DNA of 64,000 bases from NCBI GenBank assembly GCA_050084985.1, contig JBITNC010000001.1, forward strand, positions 59,086,001 through 59,150,000, given 5' to 3'. Below the pieces are notes generated by a model. That model made no database searches. It saw only the letters and a list, made by a program, of their open reading frames with translations, and was not told where the DNA came from. Numbering within the stretch: the stretch's first letter is position 1; every line of letters begins with the position of its first letter. Origin of the DNA: Nageia nagi (lineage: Eukaryota > Plantae > Pinophyta). Positions 1-12,697 of the stretch are shown here, one piece after another. The position numbers and the translations under genes were made by a program.

Positions 1-1249
1 TTTGTTATGATGATAATATTTATTCTTTAATCATCATTAAAGTTATTATTGATTTGTCAAGTAATTTTCATATTGCATGATATTATAACAAACTATTAGT
101 ATGATAGAATTTTTTTTTAACAAATTTGTTTATTAAAAGATTAAAAGTTATGAAAATCTACCTCAACTTGTTAATAAAATTGTTACAAGATCATTTACAA
201 ATTTACTACCACCTTGATCAAGTAATAAATTTGTGATGAATTATCAACAATATGTTAGAGGTTCATAAATTTATTATTGATCATTAATAAAGTTATTATC
301 CATTTGTCAATTAATTTTAGTATTGTGTGATATAAAACAAATTACTGGTAGCATTGCTTCCTTCAAAAATAAATCAAGATTTATTTGAAAGGATTGAAAA
401 TGAAATGGGGAGATGTAGATCATTGACATTTAATACATATATGGAGGAAAAAGTGGATATATTATTATATATATAATATTTTAAATTAAAAATATTTTTA
501 TAATAAAGAAGAGATGTGATATATGTTATATCTTATACTATTTTCATAATAAAGGTTAGGAAATTTATGCAAAATTGTCATGTTAAATTTAATCATGGGT
601 TAAAAAAAGAAATTTCATCCATAATTATAACAATAAATGAGCGCAAAGCCAACATAAAATAGTGGTTACATGAGTATTTAATAAATATCAAGAGGTTTTG
701 TAGGATTAGCCCATGGTAGGAGCTTCATAATCTACCATTCATTGCCATTGATTGGAGGGAATGGCATGCAAATTCTATCAATCATTGGTATGAAAAGAGT
801 TATCCTTATCTATTTCATCATTTCAACTAGATATAGGCTAGATAGGAGTGGGGGGATGAGATCAAGTATGCTGCACAAAAGTATCATTAATGGTTCGAAC
901 ATCGATCTGAGTATCTTGCATTGATAACTTCCATCTATCATGTTGGTGATAGGAGCTCATCCTTGCATCATTGTATCATTTATGCATCAAATCTGGTTAA
1001 GGCCATTGATGGTCCACATGTTGTGATTGCACACTTGATGAAGGATATCAATGTGAGTGGAACTATGAGCATTTCTATATTGAAGGATTGAGAGGTAGTA
1101 GGATGATGACAAATGAAGCATTTTCTTAGTAGTCTAGAAGGGTATGTAGGTGAGCTAGCTCAACCTTAACTTTGTGGGCTTGATCAATAATTTGTAGTCA
1201 AATATCAATAAAAATTTCCTACTACAATGTAATGCTCACTAATAATTAC

Positions 1250-4200
1250 ACATATGAATGATAGGTTTTATAAATTTACTTGTGATACAACCATTATTTT
1301 TTATGGTGTATACAAGATTTTAGCACCAGAAAGAGAATATACATTTGGTCCCATTATGGGTAAGCCTACACAACCTCCCCTTAGATTATTTGGACATGAA
1401 TGTTATTGCAGGAAGTGAACATGGTCAAATCATAGTGTCAATTGACAAAGTAACATGATTTAAAAAATAAGGATTGTAGAAAGATTTTTTGTGAACATTG
1501 ATATCACCAACGATATCAGCCATGAAAAATTATTGGATGAAGAAAATGGAGATTCATGGGAACAAAATATTATATATGAAAACCTCCAAGTAAGATATAA
1601 TATTTATGGAAAGTATGGAAAGTTTGATCACTATGCCAAGGAGTGTCCTGAAAGCAAAAATAACAAACAAGAAAATCTAACAAAAGAACATGAAGATCAA
1701 AAGGCAATAAGTAGGTGAAATAAAAGCTTCCAAAGGAATGATCTAGACCCTAGGAAAATAAGGGGAGGAATAACTACGAATAATCAAATGTGTTTGCTAT
1801 AAGATATTCATTTCAACCTCTAGATCCAAATGGAGGCATCTAAATTATGGAAATAACTAACGTATAAGTAGAGAAAAAACCTTTCATTATCACTAGTGGT
1901 AGGGAAGGTTCCTAGGAGGATGGATGGGATTTAGCAAGAGGAAGAAAGAAGCAAATATATAGTGTAGATATCAGAAAGAAGATCACCAGGTGAACATAAT
2001 TGTACTCCCCACATAGTATTGATAAAGGATCAATAAATTTAGCAGGTAAAAATAGAAATAAAAATAAACAAAATAAGTACTATGATGATATATTGTTAAG
2101 AACACCCAATGTAGGAAAAAGAAATATCATAAGGGTATCGTGTGAGAGCAAAGATAAAGTATATTACTAATAATACACAACACACCTTAGAGAAGGGTGG
2201 GGTTCGTAAGGCCTCCAATAAGTTCTAGTAATTATGCTCTATTGGAATGTGAGGTGTTGCAATAACCTTGCTTGATGGAGGGAAATCAAGAACCTTTGTA
2301 CATAAGTTAGGCCAAATATAATAATGATTCAAGAGTGGCTACACTATGGAACCTAATCAAGGTGGAAGGTACCCCTCTACTATTATTAACAAATAGAAAT
2401 GTGCCTTTATACTCATTTTCAAGTAATTGAGTTCAATTTTGAATTTGTAGCTACAAATATTTATGCATTAATGATGCTTACGAAAGAAAGATACTACTGA
2501 AAAATATTACCAAATATAGATAAACCTTCAATGATATTCCATCATTGGTTATGGGGGACTTTAATACTATAATGTATAGCTTTGAAAATATAGGAGGAAG
2601 GGAGGAGTCTCAAGGCAATATGGAGGTTCTCAGAAAGTACATGAATGATCAATGTTTTATAGATCTACATATGACTAGAAATTAATTCACATGGTTAAAC
2701 AACCATGAAGATGAGATATTTTCTAGTACAAGTTGGATTAGGATTTGTGCTCCTTGTGTTGAATAAGCGATTACCTAGATTATTCTATGAGCTATAAGTT
2801 AAAAATAGACTTAGCTCATAGCCCAATTTTTGTATCAGTAAAACCATTTACAAAGAATAATTTTCCCTTCATATTTGAGATAATGTGGATTCAGCACTAG
2901 CAGATAGAATATAGGATACAAAAATGGTGGGTGAAAAAATAAGTTTATGGAATCAAAATGTATCAAGTGGCAATTAAGTTATAATTTTGAAAGAAGAAAT
3001 TGAAGGAATGAAATAAATTTATCTTTCATAATATTACAAGGAAAAAGGAGGGGATCAAGGAACAACTAGAATAGATATAAAATGTCTACCAACAAGAAAG
3101 AAGAGGAAGAACAAATCTAGAAGTAGAATAGGAGAAGGAATTAGGAAAGGAATAGAGGAGGACCAGGGAATAGGAAGCTACCCATTAGATGTAAAAATCC
3201 CAAATTGATTGGTTATGTAAAGGTGACCAAAATACTCCCTTCTTCCACATAAAGACCATAAAAGCACCAAGCCTACAACAAAATTATGGCATTGGATATG
3301 GATGATGATTCTATAATTCTATATATAGATATGATAAAAAAGAAAAAGAAATCAAATTCTATGAAAAACTACTTTCCTCTAATCAATTAGGTGAACCTTA
3401 ACTCAGCACAAAAGAGCCTCAACAATATCCTTCCCTTCTAAATGCTGGAGATAGTGATGTTGTTACTAAATCCTTTATGGATGAGGAGATAGAAGAAGTA
3501 TTTTTTAGCATGGGAAAATATAAGGCACCTGGTATAGATATATTCTCTACATTATTTTCAATACTTTTGGTACATAGTGGGAGTGGATGTAAAATAAGCA
3601 ATCATGGAGTTCTAGGTGAATCATGCCTTACTTAAAGTTGGAATGCTACCATTTTAGCACTAATTCCAAAAAGAAATTGAGCCACAAATAGAAGATTTTA
3701 GGTTGATAAGTTTATGCAACATAATATAGAAATTATCACCAAAATACTAGCAAATAGTTGTAGGGACTTATTCCAAAGATAATTTCTAAAGAATAAGATG
3801 GGTTTGTTAAACAAAAGAAAATAGGAGATGGAATAATAATGGTGCATAAATTTATTCACTCAATTCAATATAAGAATGTGGTTAGAATGATAATCAAATT
3901 AGACATTTCAAATACGTATGATGGAGTTTCATGATTGTTTCTTAATAGTATGTTAAAGAAATTTGGATTCTGCTCCAAATTGTGGAAATGGATAAGGATA
4001 TGCATTTCCACTACAACCTTGTCAATGCTAATGAATGGGGAGATATCATGATTCTTCAATTGTTAAAGGGATATCAAGTAGGGGGATCCAATTTCCTCAT
4101 ATCTATTTATAATGATGGTAGAGGATCTTGGGAGGTATTTAAACCATATAAATTTTGATAGGAAACTAAAATAAATACCCTTGGCCTATACTATGAAGCA

Positions 4201-6240
4201 ATCACACATAAGCAATTTGTTGATGATACAATTTTAGTGGATCAATCATCCATCTAGGAAGCAAGGGAGATGAAAATGTTTCTTAAATAATATGAAAGAA
4301 CCTCATATAAGAGAGTCAATTTTGATAAGATCTGGATCTTTTTCTTAAACATTATAGAGGGAAGATAGAGACAAATTGCTAACACTTTCAACTATAACAT
4401 TGATACCTTATCAATAATTTACCTAGGAATATGCTATCTAGTGGAAGAGTGAAAAATAAATTCTAGGAAAATGTAATAGAAAGGATTAATAAAAATTTGG
4501 TTACATGGAAAGAAACCATATTGAGCTAGGAAGAAAAATACTAAAAGTGAAGAAAACATTGTAAAGTATTCCTATGTAGTTTGTAAGTATATTAAAAATA
4601 TCAACCTTGGTGGTAGATAAGATTAATTAGAAGTAGAAACTTCATATGGACTAGAGGAGAGAAATGGAAATAGAAGAACCTAGTGGCATGGGATAAAATA
4701 TGTAGAGTCAAGTACTAAGGGGGATTGGAACTAAGAAGTATGAGATGGGTAAATCAAGTTTTCTAAATCTTAAATCGCACTAAAGCTAACCTTTGACTTG
4801 ATAAAAGATTAGATCAGGGTAATAAGAGAAACATACATGATATTCATAAACAACCTATCACAAATATCAAACCACCCAAAGGTCAATCCTTTTGGAATGG
4901 GCTACTAGATGTCAGAGATCACTTCCAAAAAAATTTAAAGTGGAAAGTAAACAAAGGATATTATGTCATGTTTTAGGAGGATCTATGGTATTGTTAGTGG
5001 CTAACCCATAGCTAAATGGATAAAGTTTAGATTTCAAAATTTGGATCTGGCTCTATAGGAAGTTCTACTTCAAATATGTTCACCCCAATTTTATTTATTT
5101 TTATATTTTTATGAGAAATAGCCCCACATATAAAATAGGTTTTGCTTCTTATATGCCTTAAAATTATAAGTTAAAAAATATCATTAACATAATCACTTGT
5201 TATAGGGAAAACACATACACACACATATATATTTGAAATTAAAATTTGATTATACAAGAAAATAAAATATGTGAATTAAGTATTTGAATGATTATTTACC
5301 TTATATTTATATATTTGGCTCTTCTTTATAAAAAAGTATAACATGATCCAAAATTGATTCACCTCATTTTTGAATAGATTTCAAAATAGATCACCCTTCT
5401 ATTAAAGTATTTTTTGAAGAGGATTCTTGAAATTTTCCCTGATGGCTATCAAAGCCCCTCTAGATCAACAATAATCCTTTGTACATGTACATAATGGGTT
5501 AACATCCATATATGGAGAAGATCAAGAGATCATATGAGTAACAAGGATCAAGAAATTAGATGGATCATCCTCTCAATACCTAATATAGATATAGAGAGAA
5601 CATTGCAAGAAGTTCAAAGGTAGTTAATATAATATAAATTGTATCTGACTACCAAGTTAGATAGTTTGAGTTGTATGAAAGCTACATATAGAAAGTTGAT
5701 GTACTACTCAGTTAAGATTCGATATTAGAAGCTCAATATAAATAAGGTGGATACAAGGAGATTCATACGGATTAGAATCTCACCAATGATAATCTGATAA
5801 GGGAAATGATTTTTTTTAAATAGATGTGTTATGTAGTATGAAGGAAAGGATACTATGAATCACCTACTAATACAATTCCAAATTACTTCTAATATATAGA
5901 GTTCTCTATATCATGAACTAAATAGGTAATGGGTCATACCGTTTAATATTATAGATCTAATTAAAAAATGGGCTTCAGATGGATTGAGTGCAGAGTTGTC
6001 TCAAACATGGAATATGATAATACCCCATATTTCTATGGCCAATATGGAAAGAGTGAAATCACCATATATTCAAAAATTGCAACTATCTGGTAGAAAATAT
6101 CCTAAAAAAATATCAGCATGAATAATTGAAAATATAAATGTAGACATAAGAGTAGACCCTATAGCAGTCAAAGAAAATGTAGAGTTAGGAGAGTGACTCA
6201 ACTTGGAGACCCCACCTTCCTAACTAGAGGATGAGGTGGA
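1250..6240 (+). mobile_element. Decayed L1-type LINE, copy A (ORF1 plus ORF2 EN/RT/zf-RVT)
   Basis: ORF1 remnant PLWVSLHNLPLDY...VNIDIT...QNIIYENL...GKFDHYAKECP (DUF4283/zinc-knuckle-like, ORF 1491-1718). ORF2 starts near 2233 (MLYWNVR) and carries KAPG, WNATILALIPK, ISLCNII, IKLDIS, GDPISSYLF, QFVDDTIL and VAWDKIC motifs, plus a zf-RVT-like LTNDNL...RCVM...TMNHLL near 5780-5875. Many stops and frameshifts. Confidence 0.92.
5023..5441. mobile_element. About 420 bp AT-rich non-autonomous insertion in L1 ORF2
   Basis: Interrupts the LINE. Flanked by atggata (5016-5022) and atggcta (5442-5448). Copy B has perfect atggcta at 56635-56641 and 57060-57066. Confidence 0.6.
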
Positions 6241-6332
6241 GAGGATTTTATAAGTATCATGATGACTAAAAATATCATACAAATAGGGGGAATGAGGGAT
6301 TACATGTCCCTTATTGTATACAATTTAGAGGA

Positions 6333-7361
6333 GATAAACTAGATCATGAACAATAGAGCAACTACGAAGGTAGATGCAAGTGACCCCAACAACAAGATAA
6401 AGATCAAGAAAATTGTATATAAAGTTCAATGATCATAAAATGGATCTTCCTTTACTTAGAATACTATTTTGGTAGTTTATAATGGTAGTATCAAAGTATC
6501 TCTATTATGATTATGGATAATATGTGATAAAAAATTGTATCTTGGATTTGTACTTTTGGCTATTGTTTGGCTACAACTAGAGTAGGTAACTCTAATATAA
6601 AAAATATGTTATGTATGATTTTGATTTAGTTGTGGTACTTGAGAAAACTCTTTTTTACTTGTACCAAAAAAATTTATTGATATAGAAAGAAGTATGCTAC
6701 AAATAAATAAATTAAGCAATATGAATTGGGTTGATTCAGTTATGATAACCACTTATATTTTGGATAGAATCTCCACTAGTAGCTTAGATGGTATACCTCC
6801 ATATGAAGCATGGTATATAAAGAAACCAAATATAAATTATTTAAAAGTATTTTGTTATTTTCCTTATGTAAATATTCCAAAATAACATATGAGAATTCAA
6901 CTTGATCTGAAGGATGAGGCATGCATTTTTATTGGGTATTCTAAAAAAACTAAAATCTATAGGTTTTATAATCTAAAAAATCACAAGATTGAGGTGTTAA
7001 TATATGTAATTTTTGATGAGGGGATAATATATGGTAATAAAAACCTCTACATTAATGATGGTTCTAATTACAAAAGTTCTCTAAAATTGAATCTAATGTA
7101 TTAATCAGCAAATAAAGTTCTTCAAATTTGCAGGCCACTATTCAAGTAAGAAAGAAAATAATTGTTTGAAGTTATCCAAAGATTTTTTCTCCAAGTCCTA
7201 ATTCAATAGCACTTATATTGAGTGAATTTTATTCTCCAAATGATGTTGGTATCAATGCCAAAAAATGTAAAAGAATACTTCAATGCTATCCATTTTCTCA
7301 AATGTTAGATAGTAATTTTTAAAGAAGAGCTACTAGAAGTCAATTACATGATTTCCATTAT
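6333..7361 (+). mobile_element. Copia integrase fragment (copy A only)
   Basis: ORFs 6694-6885 and 6889-7104 read WVDSVMITTYILDR...PPYEAWY.KKPNINYLKVF and ACIFIGYS...YRFYN...VIFDE, typical Copia integrase C-terminal and SH3-like motifs. Confidence 0.88.
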
Positions 7362-7399
7362 ATAACTCAATTTTACCATTATAAAAAGGAAAATATTTA

Positions 7400-8830
7400 T
7401 AAATATTTTGATAATTTCTTAGCTACAACATTTCATAATTTTATTCAAATTCTTGTATATAGATATTCTAAGATGAGAGTTAAAAGAATCATTTCTATTT
7501 GTAGTTGCAAGAAGAATGCCAATTATATCTTTAGATAAGGAGAAAGAGGTAATTAAGACCAGCCTACTCTTATCTTCATATTATGATTTTGAAGATGTAT
7601 TTTTGTAAGGTAAAAGGTTTTCATAGTAGATTAAAGAAATTAAAAAATATTCAAAAGAAAATTACCTTATGCATATATTTGGGATTATATTATTTCACAA
7701 ATAAGATGCATAATATAGTTCTATTACAAGTTTAATATGATAATAATGATTTATTTAGTTGAAGTATTGATAACTCTCTTTCACTAGACCTACATGGTCT
7801 ATAATTTCAATAGGAATTGAATCTAGTTTGAAAAAACTGAATTGTATTTTTTTAAAAATTTGACAACCTATAAACCATATATTTCCACTCTTGGAGTATC
7901 TTATAATTACTATAGTCCTTGAGATGGTATCTTTGTATAGCATATATTTCAAAAATTAGTATACATTTCTATCAAAGCAATTTTTATAATGATATCATAG
8001 GGTACCTAAGATGATGGTTTTAAATTTCCATCATAGAGAATAAATTTTGATATTTTTTTAGGCAAGTTATAATAATTCCTGTATGATGCTTACTTTTTAA
8101 AAGGGAATTTCAAACCATCACAAAAGATCATTTCTATTTTAAAACTAGGAATTAGATTATCTATGTATATAATAGTGAGTGAAGTTAATTTATATTTTAT
8201 TTACATATTTTTACAATATAGTTATAATCTAGATCAATAATTGTTGAGGTATCAACAAGGGTTTAGATGAAAAATATGGAATTGAGTAATATTTTTTTTA
8301 AATATAATTTGATAATTGATAAACCTTTTATAAATTTTTATGTAATAAATATTTGAAATAAGATTCTTGTAGAGAATTTTTTGATAATAATTATAGATTA
8401 TAATCAAATAAGAAAAAAACTATAATAAAATCTTGGAGAGATAAGATATTTTATAATAATCTAGACCATCATGCTAAAAAATAATTAGAATAAAAAATTT
8501 AAAATGTTGATGATGTGAGGGTGGAGAGTTTTGAACTTGGATCCTCCCTTTTTGACTTGAGAGTTTTATCTTGCTACTATTCTCCAAATTCCCTCACATC
8601 CTTAGATGCAGGAAAAATATGTTGATATAGGATACAAACTCCCATATAAATTGTATATTACAAACATGGATAATTTTGATTAGTATTTTATAAGGTGATT
8701 AGTACAAGGGATAAACTTAGTAGAAAATGATTTGAACATCCTAATTTGTATGGTATATAAGCAAAATGAAGAATCAATTAATCACCTACTTATGACATGC
8801 AAAATATTTTGAAAAGTTGGTAGCAGTTTA
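7400..8830 (+). mobile_element. Very decayed AT-rich LINE-like 3' fragment
   Basis: zf-RVT-like CMVYKQNEESINHLLMTC at about 8746-8800. Relatives at 57990-58925, 51060-51290 and 59000-60370. Confidence 0.5.
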
Positions 8831-9539
8831 TCAATTTATAATATAGATAAGATTATATTGAGAATGATAAAATACCTCAAAAGAAAATTCAATGTATTGA
8901 ACAATTTCAATGATAATTATAAATTAAAATATACTTCAATTATATAAAACTATAAAATATAATTGAATTATGAATGAAAGTATGAAAATATTTTTGGGAA
9001 GGTGGGTGGGGAGATTGACAATTCATATGAATTTCACACTTTTGATGCTTGAGTTCATCATGGAAATCATCGAAGAAATTGGCCTACAAATCACTATAGC
9101 AAATCCAATACACCTCACACATATTTTGGTTGTGTGAACATTGATCCATATGATCTATTAAGGAAAATTGAAGATTTTTTGGAAAGATCATAGCCAAGGC
9201 ATGGATCGTGAATACAATCAATCATTGATAACACTTAGGATTAGATGGAAAACATGTCAAGTGTAGGGTGTCAATACCTTAGACATAAATTAGAAATGAT
9301 CATTTTTATACTTTTCTTTTAGTAATGCCCTATCTTAGATCAATTACAACTATCCTAGGCTAGAAAAGACTAGAACATACCAATGGGAGGTTTTAAAGAA
9401 AGAATTATTATGTGGGAGATCCTTGTAATGGGGGTATTTAGGAATTCATCCATTCACTCCATGGGCATGAAAAAAATTGGTCTCAATAAGTTACAAAGTC
9501 CTAGGATGAAGCAAGGGTTATCATAGATAGGTAAACTTC

Positions 9540-10560
9540 ATAATTAACACAAATCTAATTACAACCACTAGGGGTATGGTGAAGAGGGGATTCACACTCC
9601 AAACATGTTTACACTTTACAAGATGATATCATGAATTTCTTAGATAAGGGTGAGTCAATGCCAACTTAAATAATGTCAAGTTATAAGGTAAATTCTTTAG
9701 TTTACCCATGAAATATTGTTGCAATGGCACTATGCAAGTTATTTACTTTAAAGGACACCACTCAAAGATTGGAGGCTACCATTTTGTGCTAATGGCCAAT
9801 TTTAGGGAGAAGCTCCAAGTAAATCTCCCTTACTTTTTGTATCACTCCATGGAATCATACATTCATAAAAATAGGGGCCAATTCCCACTCACCATCGGTT
9901 TATTAAGATTTTGGTTGAATTTTCCTATAGCAGAACTGAAATTGTAGCACCACTTCAATAGAGACCTCAACTGTCCCATGCTAGCCACTATCACCTTGAC
10001 CCCCATGACCTCTATGCCCTCCATAAGAACAACCCACTCCTCTTCCACCTCCCTCACATCCCCCACATGATCCTCTTCTATCACTTCCTTGAGATAAAGC
10101 TCTTCCCTTGGATTGAGTTCCTTTATCCTCTTCACACCTCTACTCTCTGTCTCCCCCTAAAACCCAAGGTACGATCACCATTTCTTTTAATTATAAGGAT
10201 TCAATTAGAGATGTTAAGAGGTTTTGGCTTCAGTGGTTGAGGCATAAAGTGACAAATAACTCCATGGAAGGAGTCATTTGAAGAATGCAATGCTGTTATA
10301 TCCTAAGGATCAAACTAAAGAAGCAAAGATGGAAGGACACAAGAGAAAATTTAGTTATTCTCTTCTCACACAAAATAACTAAATTTTGTAAGGAGGGAAT
10401 GAAAGTGTAAGCTACAAAGAGTGAAAACATCATCAAGAGGCTTTTGGAGGACACCTAGTTGAATAGAAGGACTTATCAGTAAGAGAATATCATTAAATCT
10501 TTGTGGGACTTCATGGACAAGATGAAGAATGCTAAAATCAGCAAAAGGTAGGGCATGGAG
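9540..10560 (+). mobile_element. Remnant of an LTR-retrotransposon accessory ORF
   Basis: ORF 9708-9947 (YFKGHHSKIGGYHFVLMANFREKLQVNLPYFLYHSM) resembles the YHF.L..HF....NLPY(F/Y)L..S motif of plant retroelement accessory proteins (recognised from memory), followed by Pro/Ser-rich and coiled-coil-like decayed sequence. Confidence 0.5.
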
Positions 10561-10824
10561 ATGACACTTTTCCTTATGTTATTGATATCTACTCTTTTTG
10601 ATTAGGATATATGGATGGAAAATCCTTCCAAAGAGGGAAGTGATATGTAAAATACCATAGATAGTCATTTTGTTCAATGATATATCATAACAATTTTGTA
10701 AGAAAACTTTTTGAGCCTAGTTAATATTAATTTACCTTCCATAAAACAAAAGCATGTTAATTATTTGTAAGATAATGAAAAGTAGTATAAATTTTTAAAT
10801 TTTTAAATATTATATATATATAAT

Positions 10825-11305
10825 CCAAAAATTACAAAATCTTTTAAACATTTTTACAAATCATTCATATGAATAACTTCTTTTTATATCTCAAATCAAA
10901 ATACTTAAACAAAATATATTTATATTTTAACAACCAAAAATTATAATTGAATCATTATAAAAGCATAAATAATATGATGATAATTTTTAATAAACATATT
11001 ACTAATTCTAAAAATCTTTTAAATTTTAATCAAAAATAAAAATCATTTTAAAATTTAATTCAAAATTAAAAAAATCTTTTAAACTATTTTACTCAACCTC
11101 GATATGAATCACTTGTTTTCTCTCTCAAATAAAAATACTTAACATACATTTAAATTGTATTAGCTATAAATAATGACCAAATCACCTATATAATGATAAA
11201 TTTTAGTAAGAAAATGAAATAACCTTCTAACTTTTATTTTTAATTAAAAAAAAAGGGTCTTTCATATGATAACTTCGTTTATCTCTTTTCAATCAAGATA
11301 CTTAG
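10825..11305. repeat. Two to three degenerate AT-rich direct repeats
   Basis: Motif catatga(a)taactt...tcaaatcaa(a/g)atactta recurs near 10866, 11101 and 11263. Confidence 0.6.
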
Positions 11306-12697
11306 GAAACAAAGAGAAGTACAACATAGAAACCAATTAATAATAATAAGTAGTAGTTCTTACACCGCAACATACAACATAATAACAGTTTGCTAGTACT
11401 TGTTTAGCAGAAAAATATTAGCATTCGTTGCTGATGATCTGAAAGCAGCAGCTTCTACAACTTTGGATATCCGTAACTTCAATTCCTTGGGAGTCCATGG
11501 TATGATTGAGAAAGTCCATTATATCCTGTCCTTTAGGAGAAGTTTTTCTATGGGAAGCATGATCTATGGAAACGAATCAATGAACTCATCCATAAATCAT
11601 CTACGAAGAAGATTTTCTTGGACATCAGACTACAAAAGTATTTTTGAGGCATTGGACAAGTAAGCGTTTTTCTTTTCTTGATCTGAAATATGCATGTTGA
11701 TGTCTTTTGTCAAAATTGGAATTTTAGATATTGTGTTTTGAATCACCTGTTCCCTACATGTTGTGTATTTGTTGGGTGATAGTAAGGCTAAATTTACTGA
11801 AATTTAAGTTATAGAAGACATGACAATAAGCATTGGTGTTATCTTTCATATTTTGAATTTTAAATTATGGTAGATTGATTGATAGTCTCTCCAATGTGAT
11901 CATTTTACAAGGAAGTGTGAAACTTATTCAACTGTTTATATGTCAACATATTTCAGTTTCTGTGTGTTTATTTGAAAATGTAAAGGAAGGCTTACATGTT
12001 AGAGGAAGTGATCTAGGTGAATTGATTGTTTCTGAAAGCATTGTACTATGCCAGAAAGACCATCTTAAAGCTATAAACATACTTCACAAAGATCTCAAGT
12101 GTTCCCCTCTATAGATCAAGAGTTTTACAAAGAAACTATACAACTACTTACTTTGGAAACCATCCATTAATTCTAAAAATAAGTGGTTGTGTTATACTCT
12201 TTAAAACTTTTGATCTGGAGAGAAGAGTTAATTAGTGAATATTCTCAAAAGTAGTTGTGTGATTCCCTCGTAAAACTATTGGTCTAGGGAGGAAAACGCT
12301 TTGAGATGCTTATGAAGTAGTTTTATAGCTGGTCTTTCCTGCATAATACAAACTTTTAGAAGCAATCAATTTTCCTATATCACTTCCTCTAAATTATAAA
12401 CCTTTCTCTAAATCTTCAAAGAGACATGTAAAAACTAAATTATGTACTATATAGTTTTTGAGCAAAAATCAACCAATCTAACATAATTCATTGTTCAAAT
12501 ACGAAGAATAAATCCAATGCTTGTGACCTTATCTTGTATAACATAAACTTTCACTAAAAATTAGCCTTAGTGCCAACCAATAAATACACAATATCCCAAC
12601 ATGTAGGGAACAGGTGATTCAGAGCAAACAATCTAAAATGCCAATTGACAAAAGAGATCAACGTCAATATTTAAGATCGAAAATGAAAACTACTTAC

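Larger units (their letters stand above)
2400..12450 (+). repeat. Segmental duplication, copy A (direct repeat of 54013-64000)
   Basis: Colinear match with an offset of about 51.6 kb, e.g. 2461 ttatgcattaatgatgctta = 54073 and 12421 gagacatgtaaaa = 63970. Roughly 90-93% identity in TE parts by eye. Confidence 0.97.

Noticed and set aside
27-350. Degenerate direct repeat (27-110 vs 272-348)
   Set aside because: Low-complexity AT-rich sequence at the window edge that cannot be assigned.
11400-11663. 87 aa ORF similar to ORF 13489-13902 (SFRRSFS..SMIYGNE..N..INHL), suggesting two paralogous small proteins
   Set aside because: The similarity is simply the inverted repeat. Copy B has several 1 bp indels across this ORF, and both ORFs start at TTG. 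The indels are in short homopolymers, so sequencing error is not fully excluded.
11875-12114. ORF conserved at 63468-63665
   Set aside because: Non-ATG starts that differ between copies, and the homologous frame in the opposite arm has stops. The conservation is explained by the duplication and the hairpin.
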